A DNA stretch of 64,000 nt, from positions 18,724,001-18,788,000 of the forward strand of contig JBHGNT010000003.1 in assembly GCA_043228905.1 (NCBI GenBank). The letters are read 5' to 3'. The stretch is from Azolla caroliniana (lineage: Eukaryota; Plantae; Polypodiophyta). The position numbers and the translations under genes were made by a program. The stretch's first letter is position 1, and each line of letters starts with the position of its first letter. The notes under the pieces were generated by a model. The model was not told where the DNA came from and did no database searches. It saw nothing but the letters and a program-made list of their open reading frames with translations. Shown one piece after another: positions 11,940 to 25,220 of this stretch.

Positions 11940-13825
11940 ATGGCGTCTCCCCCTACTCTCTTCGTCTTCTTCTTCTTCCTGTATATCTCTCTGTTTCTCC
12001 TCTTTTCTACGATGGCTCAGATGCACATTCAAGGACCCAATATCCTTGAAGACCCAGATTTAGGTCTGGCTCTCTTTTTACCTCTCTCTAGACACTTACC
12101 AAAGAACGTCTCCGGGTCATCCGATTTACACAGGGACAGGGTTCAAAACCCTAGAAAACTGTCGGATGAATCTAATGCTAATGCAAAGATGACTCTATAT
12201 GACGATCTACTCACAAAAGGGTATGTATGAAACCTATAACTATAACTCTGTATGCAATTATGTTTTTGGCAATATAACTATGATTAATTTTGCTTCTATT
12301 GTGTTGGATTGTGGATGGGTTCAAATGTTCTTTTTTGGTTGTGTGTAGTTATTATACTACTAGGCTATGGATCGGAACTCCTCCACAAGAATTTGCCCTT
12401 ATAGTAGATACAGGAAGCACTGTTACCTATGTGCCTTGCTCTTCATGTACAAAATGTGGCAAACATCAGGTATTCTTGTCCTACACTTTGTTCCAAAGGT
12501 ATGGAAGCATAATATATTCAAAAGATATTGAAGTAATCTAAAAATAGATGTTTTACGTTACATTCCATATCTTTTCTCAAAAGCTGTGGGAATACCCTGT
12601 TTCTTTTGTAATGGTTTGAACCATAGTATGAAGCATATGTACCATTCCTGCATTCGCATTCGTGAACATTATTATCATTCACGTAAGAAAAACACCCTCG
12701 AAGTCTTTTGCACTCATTATTTATTATAAGGTAAATTTTTTTAGGGTAAGAAAGTTCAGGTAAAAAGTGTAAAAAAAAAACCAAGAATGTTTTAATAACA
12801 TACGCATTCGTTTTCATACGTATGAAAACGAATGTTTGGGCTAACAAACACAAATATTACGTACTATGGTTTGAACTTTGAAATTATTCCCGTTTTTAAA
12901 GAATTGATGCTTAAAAGTATGGAAATGTGATGTTATGTTGATTAGTCGTCAAATCAAGTTTGAAATGTGTCAATCTGAATAAATGCAGATATATAAAGTA
13001 ATTTCTTTTTTGTACAATAGATGTTCCTCCAAGCCTATTTTAACATGCAATTAAGAGTGAAATCAAGGATGAAAATAGTCCAATTAGCTATGGTCTGCGT
13101 TAATATCAACCTAATGCCCTCTTCCAGAAATACCCTGTCTTAATCTTAAATATGGTCAAACGTGCTGCAAGTGGACCCACACCTCTAATTTACTAGCCAT
13201 CATAGCACAGATTGTTTGCGCTAATAGCCTCATTCAATGAGGTCGTAGATATTGTAATTGATCCTGTGTTAAGCAGTTCAAGTCACTAGTCTAATAACAA
13301 TATCATTAGGTTTATTTTAAGTTTATACGCTGACTGCTATATCCGAGATTGATTTGTAATCATTCCATTGGTTTTAAAATTGTTATTATGATCAACCTAA
13401 CATATGTCCTTCATGTTTAATGGCATTCTCCAATTAACAATCAAATCAAGGATAGAGATAGACAAATCTGCATTTGGACAGCTCCATTCAGGGCATTGGT
13501 GCTAGTATTTTACCAGGGGGTTTAGGGCTACATAAAGTGCGAGCTACCCTTTTGCATCTCTTCCCTATCCATTCACTTCATGAAGCAATATTTTAAGGAT
13601 AAATAATCATTTTGCATGTTTGGATAAGATAAAATTGTGAAGGACTTGTACAAGCCTGCACAAACCAATATTGGACTAATTAGGTTATAACATACAAACT
13701 CAAGGATATAAACCTTGTGGTTTGCCACTTAATCTGTTATCTAAGGCCATTGCAGGAATTTATAAGTAATTTAGAAGTGGTTTTATTTTTTGGGAAAATG
13801 TATTGTGCAGCATGGACACAAATAT

Positions 13826-13861
<36 letters not shown>

Positions 13862-16800
13862 ATTTGCATGAAAATGCTATGTGAATATACATGCATTTGC
13901 ATATGTTAGTGCAATATATAAATGGTAAAGGGAAAGCTTTAAACTTTCGATTTAGCATTTAATGTCTTTTCTGGTTTGTTTAGGATCCTGGATTCAAACC
14001 AGATGCATCTAGCACATATAAACCAATGCCGTGCGGGCCACAATGTGCTGATTGCGACTCCAGGCAGAAGCAATGCAAGTATGAAAGGAGGTATGCTGAA
14101 ATGAGCACGAGTGAAGGACTGCTAGGTGATGATCTCGTATCCTTTGGAAATTCTAGTTCGTTGGCGCTCGAACGTCTCGTATTTGGATGTGAAATGGCGG
14201 AGACAGGGGATATTTTTGAGCAGAAAGCGGATGGTATAATGGGGCTTGGTAGAGGTCACCTTAGTGTTGTGGATCAGCTTGTGGAAAGGAAATCCATAAC
14301 TGCAGCTTTCTCTCTCTGTTATGGTGGTATGGATGAAGGTGGTGGTGCCATGATCATGGGAGCTACTGTTGATCCTCCGAATATGGTGTTTACTCGATCT
14401 GATTTCGGTAGAAGGTAAGTGAATAGTATTTCTGGTAATCTTACTTTTATTTGCAGTAGTTGCAACTTGCAAGTCACAATTTTGTGTTTTACCCCAGTGC
14501 TTACTACAATCTTGGTCTCCAGCAAGTCCTTGTAGCAGGAACTCCTTTAGTATTGGAACACAATATTTTCGATTCCAATTTCGGAACTATACTCGACAGT
14601 GGAACTACATATGCGTACTTCCCAGATGCAGCTTTTCAAGCTTTCAAATCAGCAGTGAGTCCCTTCTCCCTTGCTATGGAATAACAACTCTATTGGATAT
14701 GTGTATCTTGTGCCTAGGTCATGTTTGTTATATATAAAATAATAATCTAAAATTTTTGTTTCATAAAAGGTTAGTCATTGGTGTTATTGAAGATTGCGAA
14801 ATTCTATTTGTAATTGCCATTCTGTAACTAGTTACCATTGTGTTGGGCACTAAATCATAACTTATATTCTGTGGCTCCAATAGTGGATTATTACTTCAAT
14901 TTTTGTAGAGGCCTAAATTGCAGAGTGAAGTTGATGTGATGTTTATAGCTATTTATTTAGCCAAAAGAGGGCTGAAGGAACGCCAAAAGAAAAGTGAAAA
15001 AGCAAGAACATATGCTTCTCCTTCCTAGATTATCAAACATCCATCAGTAACTTGGCGAGGTAGAGTGTAGGATGGAAATGTATCGAATTTCAATATATAA
15101 AATCAAGGATGACAAATTGTAACTGTGAGAGTGCAAAGGGCAAGATAGTCCTTGCACTGAGAACCAAACCACTCAAAATCAAAGTAAGAAGTTTAATGAC
15201 AAGAGTTTTTACAAGGGATATGTCTTAGAACTTTCAGGCAAGACATCTCAAGTTTGGGCCTTACTACATCTTCTTCAAGAAAAGTAAAAAAAGAAGGTAG
15301 AATTTGTTGAGAGGAATACAATGAGACAAAAAACACCCAATTCGCACTTGCCTAGCCTCAGACAGGAAAGAAACTGGTTTTACGCAAACTACACTGGATT
15401 CTGCCTGTAGCTACTTTTATTTGTACACCTACAACTACTCTTTTCTTTATGCCTATCTGTATCCTTCTTTTAGTTGTCTGTTGCCCTCTGTATCAAATCA
15501 CATGTGTGACTTTCACCAAATTATAATTATGGCTTAAGCCATATCCCAAGCTTTACTCTCCTAGAATTGATTCTTAAATGTCTTTATGCTCCATTGTCCA
15601 ATTTCTATGATGTTAGTGGAATTCAACTTGTCATTTGGATGTCCTCCACTTTTGATTAGAAATCACTAACACATTGAGCCACCCCCCCTGGTCTCGTGTG
15701 AACCATTTATGGTGAACACTACCCTAATATGGAAAAGTCTCTTTTGCCCTTCATTAGGCTCTAGACATGAAAATAATACATCAAACAAAAAAAAAATACT
15801 AGTACAAATATTTTTATATACAAACTGTGCTGCATCTTTAGCTTTAATTGAAGAGTTTGCCACTGCATCTACCCGTTGAGTCACGTAGTTGATATCCATG
15901 AGAACAAACTCTTTTCCATTCTGAGTCTCTGGAAGAGGTTCCATCATCTCTGAAACTTTGCGAAAACTACTGTCTGTTGTAGACACCTCCACCTTGTCTT
16001 TCGACATGTCACATGATCCACACCATTCATGTACATAGTAGGCATGTAAAACCAATTAGCAAAATCTTTCTTATCATAATATCACGGGTTAAATATCCAA
16101 GCATCTATTTAAGAATCTCCATGGTCTCATCTTTAGTTGTTACCTTTTGTAGAACTTCATCTTTGTGTTTGTGGCAAAAATCTTCTCCAACCAATAGACT
16201 TAGGATGCCTTCGACACCAACCGATTTCTTTGCAAGACATTGAGTCAACTTGGAAACTCTCATCCACTAAGGAAGATTTGTGTCTCTATCAGGGCTCCAC
16301 AACCGCACATGTTTCCAAGAAATTTGTGGATGATGGCAAAAATGAAAGGGTTTCAACCATGTATGTAGATCTGAAACTTATCTCAGGCTTCACAGCATTT
16401 CTTGATGAGGGTTTTCATCGTTACACCTTTGTTACATATTCAATGTGTTTGGTGTGGACATGAAACACTGAATTCTGTGCTATAGAGATGCAGCTTTGAT
16501 TATCACCACAGCGAGTGTTGCCTCTGGGTTGCAGACATAATAATTCTATCATTAGGATTTCAAATTTTGGGCACATCAGTGCTATAAAAAAATGTTCCAT
16601 GAAATCAACAACTTTTGATAATGGACAGAGCGCCAGGATTATAAAGGCAGAAGCCTTCAAATTTTGCACGATAACCGACAAAGATGAACTTTTGAGACTC
16701 CAGGATCCAGCTTGTGGTGGCGCTTCTCGGTAATGTGAACATATGCCAGATACCCAAAATTGCAGGTCTGAAAGAGTGGTAGATGACTATCTCCATCCAG

Positions 16801-19800
16801 CTTTTTCTTAAAGCACTTGGAACATATTGTGCCCTAGCTTGTAACAATAATTACAATAGATATCCCTTTTAGTTGTTTTTCTTTTTGAAATACCTGACAA
16901 CAGTCAAGGTATCTGAAGTGATAGGAGTTGAGTTCTCATTGTGAAACGAGACATGAGTTTCAAGTTGCTTTGATGAGACAAAGTACTCTCCATGTAGGAG
17001 GGGTAAGTCTATTGATAGTATCCCAAATGGGTCTGACCTTGGGAACTTGTACCAGTAGAACTTGGTTTGTATTCTCAGTTATCCTTTCTTTGCACCACTT
17101 CTGGATGCCAGTTTGTTTTTGGACCTAGGTTTTTAGCTGCATCTCTTATGTGTCATGGTGTCTTTTCTAGTTTATTATAACCCATTGTGTCCAGCATCAT
17201 TTTGAGCAGTCATTCTGGTCTTTTATAATGTATTTCCTACGAAATTAGGCCTGCTGGCAGTTTTGAAGGAATATACAATACACAGTGATTATAAGCCTGT
17301 TTTTTTTCCTTAAAAACAAAAATGGAAGTATGTTTTTAAGGAAGTAAAAAGACAACTCAAAGAACCTGCAAAAAGGAACAAAAGACTAAATTAGGGTTCA
17401 AACTTGAATATCTGGAGTTGGGTTTCAATGGGAAGATTTTGTTGAGCATGTTAGAAGATTCATTTGTTGTGGCAAGTGTGTTGTAATTTAGTAAATGCTA
17501 AATGTGATTGTTGAGCATGTTAGAAGATTCATTTGTTGTGTCAAGTGTGTTGTAATTTAGTAAATGCATTTGAGATTTTCTTTGGTGTTTTTGTTTTTCA
17601 TGGTTCGTGTTTAAGGGTAAAATCTGCTTTTCAGTACAATAATGATTTTCTGCTCTTTCTTTATGGTAGAATGAAAACTGGTGCAATCATTATTGATGCT
17701 TTCTTTCACTGAACACATGTGACTGATTTACCTGTTTGAACCTTCTGCCATTGTCAATATTTTAACACAGGCAATACTACATCAAAGAAAAAATGCATCT
17801 AATCTTTTTCAATCATCAGTTACTTTAAAATCCCGTGTCTGGTTTATGTGTTTTTTAAACTGTATTATGACTTTAGTGACCATTCTTTCGAATTTACAGT
17901 TGATGCAGAATGTGAAATTGCGTCAAGTATCTGGGCCAGATCCACATTATCCTGATGTATGCTTTGAAGGTGCAGGAAGGTGTGTGAATCAAGATTGAAT
18001 TGAGATATGCTTTTTTTAAAGATTTCCCTAAGGTGGTTGCAATTTGTATTTTGTTTTACAATGGAGCAACAAAAATGATTTAAATCTAGATAAGGAACAC
18101 AGCATGTGAATATGAAAGAATTCTATGAAATCATTTGGTATATGCAAAGTTTTATTATTCAGTTTTCACGTAAGTCCAAACCCAAATATTAGGATGATAT
18201 GGTGACAACATGCATAAATTAATGTAGTCGAGACTTTAATAATCAGAAGTCAACCTGTTTATTCTTTTCTGACTAAGTAACAGGTATCTTTGATGATTGC
18301 AAAGTAGTCTGTGTTTGCGTAATAACTTAGCTGAGAGAGACTTTATAGCTGATATTCCGTATTAAAGATGTTCTTCTTACCTTATGTTTATGTGCGAATA
18401 TGAGAGCAGCTTCAATTCTGTACTTCAAATTTTTAATTTTTATTGGCTCTTACTCGGTGATGCGTTCTAGTGATGTGTCAAAGCTGTCTGATCATTTCCC
18501 TGATGTACATCTGAAGTTTGGAGATGGACAGATGGTGTCTTTAGCTCCAGAAAACTACCTGTTTAAGGTACTACTTCGATTTTGAGCTGAGCTTTCTTTT
18601 GCTGGATCTCTTGACACCCAAATTGATAAGAATGTTTTTCGCTCTTACTAATTGCAGCATTTGAAAGTTAAAGGAGGTTATTGTTTGGGCATATTTGGAA
18701 ACGGCAAGGATTCGGCTACACTCCTTGGAGGTTGATTAGTTTTTAAAATGTTGAAAAACATGTCTTTGAGTTTAATTCTCATATACTAGCTATGAAAACC
18801 TATTTCCTGAAAAGATTGTTTATTCAAAGAATTAAGGATTAAGATATATATTATATCGAAAGCCCATTCCTATATACTAGTCGTGAAAACCACATCTTGA
18901 AATTTGTCTTTTGTTCATTCGAAGGATGAGTTATCTAGCATATATGTGAGCCTTGTGTCTAATCCTTATCATATCAAAATCATGTAGGGGATTTAACAGA
19001 AGTTTTCTGTGCCATTATATTGGTCTGAAGAAGCCAATGAAAACATGAATAGATTTTTAGGCCTCATGAGTTTATCAAGTTGCTTTGGGATATTTACAAA
19101 CTTACACTTTGATCAAAGCCATTATTAGTCCATCTAATGCAGCATAAAAATAGCAGTCTGACAGATGCCAGACAAAATTTGGACTCAATCTTAGGCCTTT
19201 GAAGCATTTGGAATACCTTCCCCCAAAAATTTCTTGGAATCAATAGGATAGAGGCTTTCATTGGGTACATTTGGAGTTGTGTTTTTAGAGAAGGCCATAG
19301 TTTTCTCATCTTTAACTGTGAATTGAGTTTTCTAGAATCCTCTCACTAAGATCTTTCAAATGATAGGTTTCTGGTAATCCCAAATGTCTTAACCACAACC
19401 AGTGCAGAATTGTATTAATAACATCATGATATTGAGGCCCCATTTTTTACTTCAATTTTCTCCTAATGGTCATTTTTGGAGTTTTACTATAACTCATAGC
19501 TAATGTTTCTTGTGCAGGTATTGTAGTCCGAAATATGCTTGTTACATACGACCGTGTTAATCAACGAATTGGATTTTGGAAGACAAATTGTTCGGATCTC
19601 TGGAATAATTTACAGTCGCCCACACCAACCAAATCTCCTGAACTGGCAGTTACCCCTCCTTCAGCTGCTCCCTTTTCAGGCAATTCTTATTCAATACAAG
19701 GTTATATATTCGGCATCAGAATGCAATTTTTTGTTAACCCTTTTAGGTAAGATAAAAACATACCAAGTATTGCTGATTTTTGCAGAATAGACCCCAGATG

Positions 19801-20932
19801 TGTTTCAGGGACTCTGGATTTTACTATTTTGGTGGCCATTAACTATACTGCTTTTGAAAGCTTGCAAACACAGTTTTTAGAGGAACTTTCTCAGGCGTTA
19901 CAGATTGATCATAGTCAGGTGAGACAATTACTCATAACTTAACGGTATATAGGCACTATATGGTATATATATGCTTCATACATTTTTATACAAGGCATAT
20001 ATATACACACACACACACACATCAAATACTTTTATATGAGATGTCCATGATTTTCCATCTAATGTATATATGTATACATCGATTGTTTTTTATACAAGAC
20101 GTTAGTCCATAATTTTCCATCAAATGTATATTTATATGTCATATGCTTTTTATACAGACATTAGTCCATGATTTTCCATCTAATGTATATGTATATACAT
20201 CATATGCTTTTTATACAAGACATTAATCCACATGTTTCCAATAGTCCATGTATGCGTATAACCCCCCATATAATACTTTTATTCTATGCAATTCATGTGT
20301 GCGGATTGAAGGTTAGTTTGATTACCTTTATTTTCAATTTTCTTCTGACAGGCTAGTTTGATTAGTTTTACAAATACCCAAGGAAACGTCACTGTGGTAT
20401 GTTCAATTCGCATTGCCGCAACCGATGAACACCTTTTGAATGTTCTTGCCAAGGTAAATGAAATTAAATGAATGGGAAAGAAAGAATGTATTAGCCTTGA
20501 TTGTTTACAACATATTTCTTAACAAAAAAAAATTCATGGCAGAACATTGTGGATCGATTGTCTGATCACGAAATCAGTCTAACCGATCCATTCAGCGAAT
20601 ACTCAGTGATCGAATGGAGCATTAAACTTGTTGATACAAGGTTCCTTTTTTGTTTGTTTTTTCATACATCTCTGGAGAATCTGGTTATTTATTATACACG
20701 TCCATCCATCCATATGTAGTACATATATGAATAATTCATGAGTTTTTCGATGATATGCAGGCCAGTGTTGTCAAAGAGGATCATTGCATTAGTGGTAACT
20801 TTCGTAATTTCAATTTTTAGTGGCGCTTGTATTTTTGTGTGGTGGCATAGACGGCGGCGCAATGGACAACAATATCAAAGCCTTCAACAAAGTATTGAAA
20901 TGTCGGATCAACCTCCTCAACAACATTCATGA
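11940..20932 (+). CDS. Membrane-anchored A1-family (pepsin-like) aspartic protease, 12 exons: 11940-12220, 12349-12469, 13984-14414, 14498-14654, 17900-17979, 18471-18567, 18658-18730, 19518-19700, 19791-19918, 20352-20453, 20543-20640, 20761-20932
   Basis: Hydrophobic signal peptide. MTLYDDLLTKG-YYTTRLWIGTPPQEFALIVDTGS (first catalytic Asp) and TILDSGTTYAY (second). PENYLFK-H, TLLGGIVVRNMLVTYDR. Pro/Ser linker, C-terminal TM helix and RRRR. GT-AG phases are consistent. The exon 8/9 junction is the least certain. Confidence 0.93.
15670..16850 (-). mobile_element. Degenerate retrotransposon fragments (Gypsy integrase, copia RNase H and integrase) inside intron 4
   Basis: PLPETQNGKEFVLMDINYVTQRVDAVA (Gypsy INT-like). 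CGDNQSCISIAQNSVFHVHTKHIE (copia RH). KFIFVGY...GFCLYNP (copia INT C-terminal). Confidence 0.7.
17441..17567. repeat. Intronic tandem duplication with a period of about 69 bp
   Basis: GTTGAGCATGTTAGAAGATTCATTTGTTGT...TTTAGTAAATGC occurs twice. Confidence 0.85.
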
Positions 20933-22755
20933 TGAAAAAGAAAACAATAAATTTTTTTGTATCTTTATATAATTATATTAATATTAGTAACAATAATAAT
21001 GATTATAATCAATGCATTTATGCAATTTTTGTAAAATCGATTTTTTTGATATTGGATCTTGGTGTCATTTTGTTTTATTCTTAAATTGTACCATTACTAT
21101 GATGTCTTTTGTTAACTTTCAAGTGTGTGCCTCTATGCTATGCATTATTGATGAATGGGATGTTATTGTTGAGAGAAATTTTGAAAGAAATTTGTGTTAT
21201 TAAAAGTAGTATTATGTAGAACTTTCACAAGTATTAAATTTCTTAGTGCAAAAAACGTCAGCCCTTTCAATTTCCTTGCCGTATAATATCAAGCGAAAAG
21301 AGGTAATTAAAACTAATCAAACTTGACTAGTATAAAGATTATAGCTGTAGAAGCTTAATTGAGGAAGAAAACAAGTGATTATAAAAGATCAATTAAAACA
21401 ATAGTAGAAAGAATATAAAGCATGCATATTTAATGTTTGAAGTATGAATGTTACCTTGTGGATGGTGTTGTGTGCACCATACCTTGAAGTTGCTGAGATC
21501 AATTGTTCAGCCTTTTCTATTTAATACTGTTTGTACATGTAATGAGTGTACAAAAGTACATACAATATATACTTAACCAAAAGAAAACTTTAATTTCCTA
21601 TTAAAAAATGCTCAAAATGTATACTTATTTCTCAAACTTATCGAATAATGCTAATTGGCAAATGCTTTTCCTTTTACTTTTTTGCCTTCTTTTGTGTCTT
21701 AATTGGGATTGATTGTGATCGATTCTTGTGGTGTAGTTACTTGTCATAGGCTTTGAGAAGTTGTAGCTCAAGCTAAAATGAAGGAGATTGATTACCATTT
21801 GTATATTTTCTATGTAAAGACCTAGTTGCATTTTTGCCCTTTTTCGTTGAAGTTGAAGCTGAAGAGCTACGTGCAATTTTGATAGTAGTTTCAAATGCTT
21901 GTATTTGCGACAAACGGTTTGCACTTTTGGTATTGCTACTTTACTTAAATTAGAGAGTCTATATGAAGTTGCTTCAATATGCTATTCTCAATGTTAGACA
22001 TATTTAACGTTGGTTGTCTTGAGTATTGTTTGTTACTCATTATTTGATTGTCTTTATTTTGCGTTTTTGGAGAATATTGAAATGATTGTTTCGAAATACT
22101 TCTTAAAGATGCCTACATTGACCTTTATGGAACCAATTTCCTTCCATTTTGTGAAGTAATAATATTGCATACATTTAGTAATCAAAGTATGGATTTTGTA
22201 AAAATAACAATAAAAGCTTTATTGAATATTCCATCAAGTAAATCGAAGCTTAAGACATTAGAAAATGTTTTTACCACTACAATATGAATTATTTGTATAA
22301 TTAGCCTCATCTAAGACTACACAATATACGTTCGCATGATATCTATGTGAGTTCCCTTGTACGATTGTGATGTTTTCATCCCTCAATGCATCATTGTTAG
22401 TGTCACTTCTGCATCGCCTCCTTCTCTAAGAGGCCATGGAAACCTTCTATTCGCACCGAAAGGCTAATATTCCGTTTCGAACAACTAGTCTTTCACCTTG
22501 ATGGCGACCATCAATCATTGTGCGGTCTACGTGCTCTTATTTGTCCAAGTCAACCTCAACGCATGCCACACAGTCTCATCCCCATTCCAGATACACAACT
22601 TCTTGTTGGGTATATACTAGTATCATAGAAGTTCAGATACAATGGGGAACACACACAAATCAAGGGTGTTCGTATTGATTGTTGATGGCGTTTCATGGTA
22701 GTGTAGACGGAGTAAAGAGGCCAATCCTACTCTTGAATCCAAGCTTTAAAAGAGT

Positions 22756-23507
22756 CATACATACATACATACATGTAACATGCATACATACACACATACA
22801 CACATACATGTAACATTCATTCATTCATACATACATATTTACTTACTTACATGTAACATACATACATACATACATACATACATACATACATACATACATA
22901 CATACATACATGTAACATGCATACATACACACATACATACTTACATGTAACATTCATTCATTCATACATACATACTTACTTACATGTAACATACATACAT
23001 ACATACATACATACATACATACATACATACATGTAACATGCATACATACACACATACATACTTACATGTAACATTCATTCATACATACATACATACATAC
23101 ATACATACATGTAACATACATACATACACACATACATACTTACATGTAACATTCATTCATTCATTCATACATACATACATACATACATACATACATACAT
23201 ACATACATACATGTAACATGCGTACATACATACATACATACATACATACATACATACATGTAACATGCGTACATACATACATACATACATACATACATAC
23301 ATACATGTAACATGCGTACATACATACATACATACATACATACATACATACATACATACATACATACATACATACATACATACATACATACATACATACA
23401 TACATACATACATACATACATGTAACACACATACATACATACATACATACATACATACATACATACATACATACATACATACATGTAGCATGCATACATA
23501 CATACAT
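22756..23507. repeat. Compound (TACA)n microsatellite with CATGTAA and CATT interruptions
   Basis: About 750 bp of CATA units. Explains the spurious MYVC/HTYI ORFs. Confidence 0.98.
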
Positions 23508-23741
23508 GGATCATCAAGAGTCCAGATATTTTGGGATTTATTTACAAAAATGACCCATCCTCCCTCAACAACACAACTCTCTTTTATTTATACAGAACTA
23601 TAGATACTCTACACACAGACACAGACACAGACACAGACACAGATACGATATACTCTACTCACACAAATTGCCTTCCTGTCTGTCTGTCTGTCTGTCTGTC
23701 TCCTAATCTCCAAGTTTTTTGGAGTCCTAAATCCGCCGGCT

Positions 23742-25220
23742 ATGGCTTCCCCCGTCTCTCTTCTACTATCCAATGTTGTCACTCCTTCTTCCTCGCTTCC
23801 TTCTCTGAGAAGCCATGGCCATGGCAGCCTTCTACCTGCACGGCAAGGCTTCTTGACGGGCGATTGCAATGGTAGACTCACATTCATGAATGGGAAGAAA
23901 GACGGAGGTAAGGGAGGAACCATGATGTACAAGAAGCGGCTTGGAGTTCAAATCCGAGGTGGATTGCCTATCGTTTCAAATGTTCCTGTACTGGGTCCCA
24001 TTCTCAACACAGTCTTCAGCCCCTTGCTTCTTCTTGCAGTCTATGCCATCGGTGGTATGTACAATCAATCTCTTCTCTTCCCTTCTCCTTTATTTGTTTT
24101 ATTAATTACTTAATTAAAAAAAATATGCCGTGTTTTGGCACTTTTTTATATTCTGATAGAAACGCTGATAGGTTTAAAACTATGAAGAGTTAGAAACTGT
24201 GAAGAGCTAAAATTAGTTGAAATGATGAAAGAGTGATGAAGGGTTCAAAATGATGAAGGGAAATGAAGAGCCGTGTTAGGGTAAAAAGAAGAAGTGAAGA
24301 GCAAGTAATGATTAAAAATAATGAAGTTCAACAAAGGGCTAAAGCTACGAAAGGGTTGATGTGATGAAGAATTAAAACGATGAAGAATTGAATTTGATGA
24401 AGAGTTTAAACGATGAAGATCTCTCCCATTACTAATTCACTGATTTTGTTTTTTCTAAAAAAGCAACCAAGTTCTTCTCGGGGTTTTCGAATACGACCTA
24501 CAGTGATTCGCTTCCGACCAAACTAGGCCTCACTCTTGCTTGGCCAGGTACGGTATAAAAAAAAAACCTTTTTTCCAATTCATTATGTGTGTATCTATCT
24601 ATCTATATTGATTTGTTCAAGCAAAAGACTGTAAAAACCAGCTGAACCTTTTGAATTTGCCAGTTTGTAGTTTCTTTTTTTATTGTGGGAAATTGCATAA
24701 AATTGCTATTACTTTGATTGGATTTTTATTTGATATTTATATAACTGAACAATATTGGGTAGGAAATATCCAAATTTTGTTCTTCGTTCGGTAGTTACTC
24801 GGATACCAATAAACCAAGTAAGGCTAAATGTGAACATTTTAGTAAGTATATATTCTCTGGGGATTATCATCATGTTTTAGGAAGAATCTCAAACATACCC
24901 TTCAGATATGTAAGGGCATTAGTTAGTGATTATGTAAGAATTAAATATTTTAAGAGGGGTATTTTGTAATTTCTCCATTCTATTTGATTATTTGATGAGA
25001 AGGCATATTGTTGGAATCTCACAAAAATCAACTCTTTCGGATTATTGAGATAACATAAGTCTACAGGCATGTATGCATAAAATAGTACTGAATTGGAAAA
25101 ACCAACCATTTAAAATGTAGATGATGAACTTGTTACCTGAAAATCATTTTTCATTTGTCTACAGTTTTATTCATCGCCTCACAGAAATACCGGAGCAATT
25201 TCAAAAGAGCTATACGATGA
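23742..25220 (+). CDS. Small plastid-targeted membrane protein of unknown function (about 150 aa), exons 23742-24054, 24464-24547, 25165-25220
   Basis: Ser-rich MASPVSLL... transit-peptide-like N-terminus. Phase-1 GT-AG introns join to ...LLLLAVYAIGATKFFSGFSNTTYSDSLPTKLGLTLAWPVLFIASQKYRSNFKRAIR*. Confidence 0.85.

Noticed and set aside
23038-23603. ORFs of MYVC/HTYI repeats
   Set aside because: They are translations of the TACA microsatellite.
24180-24420. TGATGA-rich intronic stretch as a C/D snoRNA cluster
   Set aside because: It is a degenerate GATGAAGA ~20-bp repeat without paired CTGA D-boxes or terminal stems.
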